Shown: positions 7,051 through 14,435 of the stretch, one piece after another
Layout of the letters: every line of letters starts with the position of its first letter
How positions within the stretch are numbered: the first letter of the stretch is position 1
Virus record (IMG/VR): IMGVR_UViG_3300007775_000008
Span: 1-16,029 of that record
DNA length: 16,029 bases
Source: a virus
Strand: one strand, 5' to 3'
The notes under the pieces: model-generated
What the model saw: the letters and a program-made list of their open reading frames with translations, nothing else
The model's database searches: none
What the model was told of the DNA's origin: nothing
Made by a program: the position numbers and the translations under genes

Positions 7051-9411
7051 CTAGCCTTGTGACGGGAACAGGCGCATTGTTGAGGGACCGCGCTTGCCTT
7101 TGATCTCTTTTTCAACCAAGATCCCATCCTTTAGTAATTGGTCAAGGATCATTTCTAATTGGTTTCGCTTTACTCCTGTTTGCATGTGAAGATCAATAGC
7201 TATCTCCCTGCGAGAATTTCTCCGAGATGTCTTCAACCGCGCAAGTATCCTTATGGCGAGTTCGTCCTCTTCACTTTCGAGAGGTGTACTCGCATCTTCG
7301 ATCATTCTATGAAGACTTGCTCGGTACCCTTCAGTAATCTCTTGGGCTCTAAACCAGTGGGCATCTTTCACCACAAGCGGATTACCTTTTGCCATCCTTG
7401 CCCAGTCTGATGTTGCCAAAAGAATAGCAATTTTGATTGCCTTTTCATGGAAACGGCCATAAGACGATTCAAGCTTTTCAGGTATCCTCTTTTTCTCAAC
7501 GAGTGAATACATGGCTTTATGATATTTATCCCACCGGCGTTTCACTCCTGGTGCCAGAGTAGCCTCAATAGCGGGTGGAGCTGGTGTTGAACCAAGAGCG
7601 TTTTCCTTTGGTGTTTCCAGCTTTTCAAACATCAGATGATTTATATGCTTTACTAGGGCTGGAGGAATAGGGAATGGATCCGGAAAGAACACACGCACCG
7701 GTGCAGTGTCAGGTGTAACAAGTAAGAAACGGGCAAATAGACCACCACTCCAATATTCAGGAGTTTTCAAATGCTGTCTCAATGCTGCAGGAGTGGTAGG
7801 TCCGCAAATCGTCAAGTAAATATTTCGGACCGTCTCACGACCGCGCGCAATGGTGGAAATTTTTATCTTCGATTCGCATTCATAAAATCTCAAGATGATG
7901 TTTTTGAGTTCTGCCAAATGTTTTTGTTGGAACCATGACAACATGCTAGCAGCTTCATCCATCCACCAGGCCCGCTGCGCTGCAAAAAGACGTTCATTCT
8001 GCCACTCTTCCTTTTCTTCTTGGTTCCAATTTTGGTAATTGTCTTGCGGCCTATTTGACAACTCAGTAATCAAACTTTGCGGTGTTACACCATCGGGCAA
8101 AAGCAGGTGAGATAATCCGGCCATCTTCATAACTTCCAATGCGGTTTTGTAGCCTGTTGTCTTTGTGTATAGTGTGGAAGGTGCTGAGAGCAGGATATAA
8201 AGATTGGGGTAGATGCTTTTCGATGCACCCATGTTCACAAATACGCGCCGTGCAATGGCCGTAGACAAAATAGCTAGTGCGTAGGTTTGATGAAATAGAT
8301 GTGGTGTCATTGGGGCATCTTTGATCGCAAAGGAGATGTAATCATCGATGAATTTACCTGCCTTTTTCCCTAGCTTTATCTCAGCGTCGCTCATCTGAGC
8401 AAAGCTAGGAAGTTCTGGCATGGCAGATGAGATTGCATCGTCTGGATGCTCATTCTCATCGTCAACATCACTTGAGATGATTGGCGCGGCCTTTCCTTGT
8501 TTCTTGACCATCTTCTCGAATGCGTGAGGGTTGGAAGGTGTCCGCGTTTGCGAATAGGCACTCTTGATTGTTTCAATTGCCTCCCCTTCCTTTTTCCCTA
8601 AGTTGGACCATACCGGCAAAAGAAAAGACTCTGCTTCACTTTGGGAATATCCGCAACCGTTCAAATCACAAGCGGCAATGAATAGCCTGTTATTTCGCGT
8701 ATGTGGTCCCGCGCCAAATTCAAGAAAGTCCTTGGTTTGGCTTGACACTCTTCCACGCTCATTACTGGAAAGATTTGCAGGAGTTGGATCTGTCGATTTT
8801 TTGTCATTCTTGAAGTCATCCCACAATTGACAAATGCGGATGATCTTTTCACCATCGTATTCGAGCGCGGACCTATCAGCATTGTGCAATTCATAAAGAG
8901 CGCCTCCCGGGTGCGTTGAAGGCGGCACAACGCCTTGATTGCCATTCCCCAGGAATTCCAAATGGACATCATGCCATTTTTTATTTTTGGGGATCGATCC
9001 TTTGATCTGTAATACAAGCTTGCCACGATCGGGCGCATCTGCTCTTTTTATAATTGGAGCATTGGCCAATCCGGGGAAGTATTCAAAGAATTCCTGCAGG
9101 TGATCGTCAATGTCAAGCAAACATAGTCCGCTTGATTTCTTTCCACACAATAGGCCAACATTCCCACCTTTTTTTACGTGAGGCAGAATATCCTTGAATG
9201 CGATCGGCTTGACCTGCCAAGCCTTGTCAATCGGTTGTTTCCCAGGGGAGTTTACCTTTGCGTTCCATGCAGCCACTCGGACAAAGTTGGCACCCTGTTG
9301 TGCAAACCATTCAAGGGATGTATAATCGTTTTGGATGTTCTGACGCTTCGCTAGCGTCCCTTGTGCCCTGGCTTCTGCTGGGGCACTTTGTTTTTCATTC
9401 TTCGTTGTCAT
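7051..9411 (-). CDS. Bifunctional primase-polymerase (Prim-Pol N-terminus, PriCT-like middle) fused to a DUF3987-like helicase/ATPase domain
   Basis: 786 aa. GKQPIDKAW...GGNVGLLCGKKSSGLCLLDIDDH and LEFLGNGNQGVVPPSTHPGGALY are Prim-Pol signatures. HTRNNRLFIAACDLNGCGYSQSEAESFL is PriCT-like. The C-terminal ~400 aa resemble DUF3987. RBS is GAAAGGAAAACGAAG-ATG. Confidence 0.85.
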   Translation of the reverse strand: MTTKNEKQSAPAEARAQGTLAKRQNIQNDYTSLEWFAQQGANFVRVAAWNAKVNSPGKQPIDKAWQVKPIAFKDILPHVKKGGNVGLLCGKKSSGLCLLDIDDHLQEFFEYFPGLANAPIIKRADAPDRGKLVLQIKGSIPKNKKWHDVHLEFLGNGNQGVVPPSTHPGGALYELHNADRSALEYDGEKIIRICQLWDDFKNDKKSTDPTPANLSSNERGRVSSQTKDFLEFGAGPHTRNNRLFIAACDLNGCGYSQSEAESFLLPVWSNLGKKEGEAIETIKSAYSQTRTPSNPHAFEKMVKKQGKAAPIISSDVDDENEHPDDAISSAMPELPSFAQMSDAEIKLGKKAGKFIDDYISFAIKDAPMTPHLFHQTYALAILSTAIARRVFVNMGASKSIYPNLYILLSAPSTLYTKTTGYKTALEVMKMAGLSHLLLPDGVTPQSLITELSNRPQDNYQNWNQEEKEEWQNERLFAAQRAWWMDEAASMLSWFQQKHLAELKNIILRFYECESKIKISTIARGRETVRNIYLTICGPTTPAALRQHLKTPEYWSGGLFARFLLVTPDTAPVRVFFPDPFPIPPALVKHINHLMFEKLETPKENALGSTPAPPAIEATLAPGVKRRWDKYHKAMYSLVEKKRIPEKLESSYGRFHEKAIKIAILLATSDWARMAKGNPLVVKDAHWFRAQEITEGYRASLHRMIEDASTPLESEEDELAIRILARLKTSRRNSRREIAIDLHMQTGVKRNQLEMILDQLLKDGILVEKEIKGKRGPSTMRLFPSQG

Positions 9412-9425
9412 CTTCGTTTTCCTTT

Positions 9426-9650
9426 CTAAACTGTATCGGTATTTGATCCGATACAGTTCGAAGCCGTACCGGTTATAGCCTTATTGATTGCAGGGTCTTC
9501 AGTTTCTATCGCTTTTTGAAGTGCAGCTTTCTTTTCTCTATAAGCATCCATCCAGGCGGATTCCTGCTTTATATCTCCGCCGTAATATGGATGTGGACAA
9601 AGCTTATCGTGGGGATATCCTGCTTGAGATCCACACATACAGAGGTCCAT
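9426..9650 (-). CDS. Small Cys/His-rich hypothetical protein (74 aa)
   Basis: The ATG at 9650 is preceded by AGGAG with an 8-nt spacer. The track start at 9668 is a TTG that lies over the RBS. Translation: MDLCMCGSQAGYPHDKLCPHPYYGG... Confidence 0.6.
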   Translation of the reverse strand: MDLCMCGSQAGYPHDKLCPHPYYGGDIKQESAWMDAYREKKAALQKAIETEDPAINKAITGTASNCIGSNTDTV

Positions 9651-9713
9651 AAGTTTTTCTCCTTTCAAATAAATTTCACGCCCCTTCTACCTATGTGTGA
9701 ACAGGTTATTTGC

Positions 9714-9759
9714 TTCACTCTGATAGCTTGGCGCGGCGTAGATTCACTCTATAAAGCTT
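9714..9759. repeat. Two direct repeats TTCACTCT-(GATA/ATAAA)-GCTT in an intergenic region
   Basis: Copies lie at 9714-9729 and 9743-9759. A possible minus-strand promoter TTCACA-N17-TGAAAT (9701-9673) lies just downstream. Confidence 0.4.
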
Positions 9760-9772
9760 CCAATAAAATCCA

Positions 9773-9988
9773 TTAGGAATAATTAGGGCATGTTTCATTC
9801 CGGCATACCTGTTTGCCTTCCGTAGTCAGGTGCAGCTCACAATGGCACTCTGAGCAGACCTGGATAACAACAATGTCCAGGATCTTGCCTGTCAAGATCT
9901 GCATTGCCTGGTCCCAGGCAGCACGCTTTTCAGGTGGTAACGGCACGTGCCTGATTTCAATATCAGCATCCAATTCTCTTTTTGGCAT
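9773..9988 (-). CDS. Small zinc-ribbon protein (71 aa)
   Basis: The ATG at 9988 is preceded by AGGAAAGGAATTGTT. The C-terminus reads CSECHCELHLTTEGKQVCRNETCPNYS (CxxC...CxxxxC). Confidence 0.6.
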   Translation of the reverse strand: MPKRELDADIEIRHVPLPPEKRAAWDQAMQILTGKILDIVVIQVCSECHCELHLTTEGKQVCRNETCPNYS

Positions 9989-10112
9989 AACAATTCCTTT
10001 CCTAAATATTTTGTGATAATGTGGCGGCGCGACCACCACTGTATAAGATCATCGTTGATTCCAGTAGTAAAAAAGAGCGTTGGGAGAGCGATCAATCAAT
10101 ACTGGATTTTTC

Positions 10113-10160
10113 CTGTACATTTTCTGTACATTTTCTGTAAAAATATTTTTATATCGATAT
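10113..10160. repeat. Iteron-like 11-bp tandem repeat plus AT-rich palindromes (candidate replication origin or promoter/operator)
   Basis: CTGTACATTTT occurs twice (10113-10134) with a degenerate third copy CTGTAAAAAT. It is followed by the palindromes AAAATATTTT (10140-10149) and ATATCGATAT (10151-10160). Confidence 0.45.
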
Positions 10161-10243
10161 CAGATCTCGACCCGTTTTTCTGGAAAAGTTGTGAAGCGCC
10201 GAGACGCTGCGCCCTCGGGCGCCTGGCCAGATCGAGCGCGAAT

Positions 10244-10277
10244 CCCCGAAGACCCCACCCCCCCTATCCCCTTCCCC
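10244..10277 (-). other. G-quadruplex motif on the minus (coding-sense) strand / i-motif on the plus strand
   Basis: Plus-strand C-tracts lie at 10244-10247, 10253-10256, 10258-10264, 10268-10271 and 10274-10277. On the minus strand this reads GGGGAAGGGGATAGGGGGGGTGGGGTCTTCGGGG. Confidence 0.6.
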
Positions 10278-10335
10278 ACACGCGAGATCTATACCGTGCC
10301 CGGACCTGTCCGCACGCACGCACTCCCGCACGGAA

Positions 10336-10392
10336 TTATTGGCGGTTAAATTCGTTTTCAAAACATCTTCAAAACATCTTGACCGCCAATAA
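10336..10392. repeat. 11-bp perfect stem enclosing a tandem 11-mer repeat
   Basis: TTATTGGCGGT (10336-10346) pairs with ACCGCCAATAA (10382-10392). The 35-nt loop carries TTCAAAACATC twice (10357-10378). Confidence 0.6.
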
Positions 10393-10464
10393 CTCAACAG
10401 TCCCAAACGTGTATAGGCTTCCCTATCAGATGCTATTTTCTGCAGTGATCGGGCTGCTTCTGTT

Positions 10465-10506
10465 GTCCGCGGTGTACTGTTAAAACTGTCACAGTACACC
10501 GCGGAC
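10465..10506. repeat. 16-bp perfect inverted repeat (hairpin or cruciform)
   Basis: GTCCGCGGTGTACTGT (10465-10480), loop taaaactgtc, then ACAGTACACCGCGGAC (10491-10506). There is no flanking U-tract on either strand. Confidence 0.7.
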
Positions 10507-10519
10507 TAGCAAGCCCCAC

Positions 10520-10587
10520 GCCCCAGGCAAATCACACAGGAAGGGCGGAGAAGGAGAAAGACCTCCCCTACCGTGTTTTCCTGGGGC
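10520..10587. repeat. Long-range 8-bp clamp around a purine-rich segment
   Basis: GCCCCAGG (10520-10527) pairs with CCTGGGGC (10580-10587). The interior reads GGAAGGGCGGAGAAGGAGAAAGACCTCCCC. Confidence 0.4.
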
Positions 10588-10660
10588 AGCATGGCCAAGG
10601 CACATAACGCCCAATAAAAGAGCATTTTGGGCTTCATGTTTCTACTGAATAAGAATTAAG

Positions 10661-11548
10661 TTATAAAGGTTCCATGGCGCGCGCCGCCGCCCCGCTATCA
10701 CGCTCCCGCTCTCGTTCTCGCTCCGCATCTTCCCATGCTTCAGCCCGCCTGACAGCGGACCTATAAGCCAAGGTCAAAGCCTTGTACCTGGGCGCGTATT
10801 TCGATCTCAGGCATTTTTCACAGATGACAAAATCTGAATCGATGTAAATAGATTCTTCTATGTATGCACCTTGCAGATCTTCAACGTCTGAAACAACTTC
10901 AAGATATTCGGCCTCTTCAGCCGCATAAGCAAATGTTCCAGCAGCGGACCAGTTGAAAGAAGTTCCACAAATTGCACATTCAGTAATTTCAAAATCCACA
11001 ATCTTTTCAAAACGCTGGGGGAAGTGGTTGATCTTGTTTGATATCTCACCGCTGCTTTTTGAGAGGTAATCCAGTATCCAATCACCCGCAATTTCAAAAG
11101 CGTGTTTTTGCAGATCGTCCATTAGATCGGTTTTGTAGCTGATCGCGTAAGATTGATTGCCCGTTTTTGGATCGGTGTAGATATGGCCAATCGTCTTCCA
11201 TTCATCAGTTGGATTAATTCTGAGTTTGGTTCTCTTTTCGTTGTTTGGTATTACCTGCCTTTTTGGATCGGCTTTCCGTTTCTGTAAAAACTTGAGTACC
11301 ATTCCAAATGTCCATGAATAGCGGCGCTTTAGCCAGGTGATTACATCGCCGGTTTCCTGCTCCATGCCTGGACGATTGATCTCATACGTTTGACGGCGGA
11401 TGTCCACAGTCAAGCCGTATGTATTTGTGCTGCGCCATATTTCGGAGTTTTTCGCGTCCACTTCAAACGCTTCGCCCGCTTCCTGCATGAGAAGCTCGAT
11501 ACGATGTTTTTCCTTCAATGCACGGAGTTCGTCTTTAGTCATCTTCAT
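10661..11548 (-). CDS. Hypothetical protein (295 aa) with two CxxC pairs and an acidic/ERERER tail, coupled to the upstream ATPase
   Basis: The ATG at 11548 is preceded by AGGTGA-CAGCG and overlaps the upstream gene by 14 nt. Motifs are CAICGTSFNW...ICEKCLRSK and a C-terminal AEAWEDAERERERERD. Confidence 0.65.
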   Translation of the reverse strand: MKMTKDELRALKEKHRIELLMQEAGEAFEVDAKNSEIWRSTNTYGLTVDIRRQTYEINRPGMEQETGDVITWLKRRYSWTFGMVLKFLQKRKADPKRQVIPNNEKRTKLRINPTDEWKTIGHIYTDPKTGNQSYAISYKTDLMDDLQKHAFEIAGDWILDYLSKSSGEISNKINHFPQRFEKIVDFEITECAICGTSFNWSAAGTFAYAAEEAEYLEVVSDVEDLQGAYIEESIYIDSDFVICEKCLRSKYAPRYKALTLAYRSAVRRAEAWEDAERERERERDSGAAARAMEPL

Positions 11549-12851
11549 CGCTGTCACCTGCCAATTCATATATCTTTGCACCCTTCGCAGCGCTCACGAA
11601 GATGATCTCTCGTGTTCCATGAAGAATTTCAATCCCTTCCCTAATATTTGCATCACTCAGGCTTTTATCAATGCGCTTTGCTTCTGCCCTCAATTGCGTG
11701 TGATTCAATTTATCGTTCTGTTTGAGGGCTTCAATGATCGCATCATGTGCCCGGGCAGTTTTGCTTCGATAGGCAATCCGCCAAAAACGCGCCTCTGTCA
11801 GATCCAAGTTTTCATCTTGGGTGTATGAAAAGTTTGCACTGATGTTGGGAGCATCAGGACCACGGACGGCCACTGGCTTGATCGTGACCTGGTCTTTATC
11901 AGCCATATCTCGTTCAACAAGGAACGCTCCGTCAACCCCAGCAAGGATGCTTCCCGATCCCCTTAGATTATCTTCAGGTGCCCCACCCGCTTTACCAATG
12001 CCCTTTTTGGCATGATGTACCAGGATGATCGCAACATTACACGCTTCTGATATCTGACGAATGGCTCCCATGATTTGAGAAGCTAGCGGACTGTTTTCAT
12101 CCACGGGGCCAAACACCTGCCCAAGATGATCTATAACAAGCACCCCAATATCTCCAAGCCCTTTTATGCGTTCGATCATTGCAGCCACATTTTCAGGCCT
12201 TGAAAAATCCGGCCATGGAGAGGGCATGCTGTAGGCTTGAAACTGGCCGTGGTCAATATCAATCTCCAGCGCCCTGGCGAATGCTTTCATGCGTCTTTTC
12301 AAAACTTGGGTACCATTTTCCAGATCGATCCAAACAACACGCTCAGACGCTACTTCAATGCCATCGCTTCCCTTGGGGGTGGTCATCCAATATAAGCCGC
12401 TCACAATGTGATGACACATATCCATAATGACCAATGTCTTTTTATGCTTCGGTTTTCCAAAGAAAACCACCACTGAAGGACGTGGAAGGAAATATCTCAC
12501 GACCCATGAAATAGGCGGGATCTCCTCCACCATCACATCTGCCAGGTCGAAGGCTTCCCAACCCTTTGACGTTTCCAGTGTTGCCAGGTCCGCATTAGGA
12601 TTTGCGAGATCGATCATGGGGGAAAGTATCAGATCCAAGCCACGTGCCGTCAGCTCTGCCTGTAATCTGCTCTTACGCTTTGACTTGTCCCTCCCCTCCG
12701 ATAGGACACTCATCACCACATCAAGCAATGGACCCTGTAAGCGGGATAAATCCGCCGCTGTTGGATCGTTTGCAGTGGAATCAGTCAATCTCCGTAGTAA
12801 ATGCGCCGCGTAGTTAAGTACGTGCTGGGGTTGTTGCGTTGTGTCTGCCAT
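11535..12851 (-). CDS. RecA-fold ATPase, RepA/AAA_25-like (replicative helicase-like)
   Basis: 438 aa. The Walker A-like motif is FFGKPKHKKT (12435-12458). VLVIDHLGQ is Walker B-like, followed by AIILVHHAKKG...LRGSGSILAGVDGAFLVER, typical of the AAA_25/RepA pattern. No clear SD precedes the ATG at 12851. Confidence 0.75.
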   Translation of the reverse strand: MADTTQQPQHVLNYAAHLLRRLTDSTANDPTAADLSRLQGPLLDVVMSVLSEGRDKSKRKSRLQAELTARGLDLILSPMIDLANPNADLATLETSKGWEAFDLADVMVEEIPPISWVVRYFLPRPSVVVFFGKPKHKKTLVIMDMCHHIVSGLYWMTTPKGSDGIEVASERVVWIDLENGTQVLKRRMKAFARALEIDIDHGQFQAYSMPSPWPDFSRPENVAAMIERIKGLGDIGVLVIDHLGQVFGPVDENSPLASQIMGAIRQISEACNVAIILVHHAKKGIGKAGGAPEDNLRGSGSILAGVDGAFLVERDMADKDQVTIKPVAVRGPDAPNISANFSYTQDENLDLTEARFWRIAYRSKTARAHDAIIEALKQNDKLNHTQLRAEAKRIDKSLSDANIREGIEILHGTREIIFVSAAKGAKIYELAGDSDEDD

Positions 12852-12889
12852 GTTTTCATTTTTTCAATAATCAACGGGTCAAACGTTTT

Positions 12890-13462
12890 TCACCTTTTGT
12901 TGAGTTTTCTTCGTAAGTCAGTCGGTGTGATTTCTTTTTTCGTTGTGATCTCGTTTGGAAAAAAATCCATCAACGCTGGAAGATCCGTAGCAATCTTTGA
13001 AATAAGATTGGCGCGTTTGGTTTGTACGTAAGTAAGGGTGTGATGATCGCCGCTTTTCAAGTCGGCTCGATACGCGCTGTATTTCTCTTTGAGCTCATCT
13101 GTCTTATTGGCAGCATCCAAAAACAGGGCGTAAATCTCATCCTGAATTTGCAGAGCATCTTTATTGATCTCCGCCATTCTGGAAAGGCGAATAGTATTTA
13201 ACTCTTTCGCACGTTCCTGTTCATCTTTCTGAATCTCAAAGTCCAGGTCTTTGATTCCCGTTTCGGTCCCTTCAATGCGAACTCGAAGATTTACAATCTC
13301 ATCAGTCAACTTGGAAGTTGACCGCCCATCACGTATTGCCTGGGATTGATCGGAGAGTTTCACTTTGAGAGATGCTCTCTGCTCATCAAGCAGTTTCACG
13401 AGCTCGGAGCGCTGCTCCTTGGTTGTAGCTAGTTTTTTTTCAAGTTTTTCAAGTGTGTTCAT
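12890..13462 (-). CDS. Coiled-coil hypothetical protein (190 aa)
   Basis: RBS is AAGAGGAAAC-ATG. The sequence is heptad-rich and charged (EKLEKKLATTKEQRSELVKLLDEQRASLKVKL...). Confidence 0.65.
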   Translation of the reverse strand: MNTLEKLEKKLATTKEQRSELVKLLDEQRASLKVKLSDQSQAIRDGRSTSKLTDEIVNLRVRIEGTETGIKDLDFEIQKDEQERAKELNTIRLSRMAEINKDALQIQDEIYALFLDAANKTDELKEKYSAYRADLKSGDHHTLTYVQTKRANLISKIATDLPALMDFFPNEITTKKEITPTDLRRKLNKR

Positions 13463-13471
13463 GGTTTCCTC

Positions 13472-13666
13472 TTATTCATCCAAGCGAATGAATGTTTTGT
13501 TTCGATTTTCGTCGCGTTCTTTAATTGAAACTTTTTTCCCCAGGCTCTCGTTCATTAGCTTTACGACCGCATCCTGAATCGATTGCTTTTCTTCTTCTGT
13601 CAACTTTTCAAATGCGGCCGCATCTTCATCGTCAACGGGAATGTATATGGATATTCTTTTTTTCAT
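13472..13666 (-). CDS. Small protein (64 aa), possibly ribbon-helix-helix-like
   Basis: The ATG at 13666 is preceded by AAAGGAG-TTTGAAA. The track start at 13672 is a TTG. The N-terminus KRISIYIPVDDEDAAAFEKL resembles an RHH strand-helix. Confidence 0.55.
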   Translation of the reverse strand: MKKRISIYIPVDDEDAAAFEKLTEEEKQSIQDAVVKLMNESLGKKVSIKERDENRNKTFIRLDE

Positions 13667-13668
13667 TT

Positions 13669-14166
13669 TCAAACTCCTTTAGGTGGAAAATATTGAATAC
13701 TTAACGCTGCATTTAACAGCGCCATGATTCCAGTGTCATCAAACTTTGCTAAGGCTACATTCTCAATAATCTTTTCAAGTTGATCCGCTATACTTTGCGC
13801 TTCAATCTCAATAGGCTTTTTAGGATGCTGTAGCCTTTCATCATCACTTACAGTCAAATAAGGTCCACGCTCGAGAATAATTTTTTCAATTATTTCCATT
13901 GTTCCGCTTTCAAATTCTGGAAGTTTATGCCCCGCTAAATAATGGCCACATTCATGTAGGGCAGTTAGGTAAAGATCGTATGTAGAAAGTTTCGGATTAA
14001 TATCGATGCAAATCACGCCTTTACCATCCCGGTAGATTTCTCCAGCGGTGTTCTGTGTTCTTGGCTCACGCCAATTGACCTTCACAGTCATTTGAATAAA
14101 GTTAATGCACATCAAACGAATCAGCCTTTTAACTTCTTCGATGTCAACTTGGTGATTTTCGTCCAT
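13669..14166 (-). CDS. HExxH zinc metallopeptidase-like protein (SprT/ImmA-IrrE-like zincin)
   Basis: 165 aa. GVICIDINPKLSTYDLYLTALHECGHYLAGH carries the HExxH motif in the context seen in SprT/DUF45/ImmA-type zincins. Confidence 0.6.
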   Translation of the reverse strand: MDENHQVDIEEVKRLIRLMCINFIQMTVKVNWREPRTQNTAGEIYRDGKGVICIDINPKLSTYDLYLTALHECGHYLAGHKLPEFESGTMEIIEKIILERGPYLTVSDDERLQHPKKPIEIEAQSIADQLEKIIENVALAKFDDTGIMALLNAALSIQYFPPKGV

Positions 14167-14180
14167 CTGATTTATTCATC

Positions 14181-14372
14181 CTATGTGGAAGATTCCGAGA
14201 TCTGCTCAGTGGGAAAAACATCTTGCGAAATATCAATCAATCCCTCTTGGGCAAGTCGTTCTCGAATCAATAATGCAGCTTGATCCCCAGGCTCTCGTTT
14301 CTCTCTTTCAGAGAGAGAAATCAAAGCACTCTTCTCTTGGTCACTCAAAATAATTGTTAGACGTGTTGACAT
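14181..14372 (-). CDS. Ribbon-helix-helix (CopG/Arc-like) DNA-binding protein
   Basis: 63 aa. TRLTIILSDQEKSALISLSEREKREPGDQAALLIRERL fits an RHH. RBS is GGAGTGAAAACAA-ATG. Confidence 0.65.
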   Translation of the reverse strand: MSTRLTIILSDQEKSALISLSEREKREPGDQAALLIRERLAQEGLIDISQDVFPTEQISESST

Positions 14373-14401
14373 TTGTTTTCACTCCATTAACAAAAAAATG
14401 A

Positions 14402-14435
14402 CGGCTATTCATGCCGTCATTTTTGCATATTATTT
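14402..14435 (-). terminator. Bidirectional intrinsic terminator
   Basis: A7, then ATGACGGC-tattcat-GCCGTCAT (14408-14430), then T5. On the minus strand the hairpin is followed by TTTTTTTG. Confidence 0.7.

Noticed and set aside
10311-10323. Alternating purine-pyrimidine (CGCA)n tract as a Z-DNA element
   Set aside because: It is only about 13 nt long and is probably just part of the GC-rich core, so there is no independent support.
9947-10499. ORFs 9947..10483 (+), 10080..10349 (+) and 10149..10499 (-) in the non-coding island
   Set aside because: Their translations are Pro/Arg/Cys-rich nonsense driven by the GC-rich core and the repeats. They have no SD, they cross hairpins and tandem repeats, and the plus-strand ones oppose the uniform gene orientation.
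10336-10506. Retron msr/msd-like or DGR template-like structure
   Set aside because: The inverted repeats and hairpins are superficially similar, but no reverse transcriptase ORF exists anywhere in the 15.9-kb unit.
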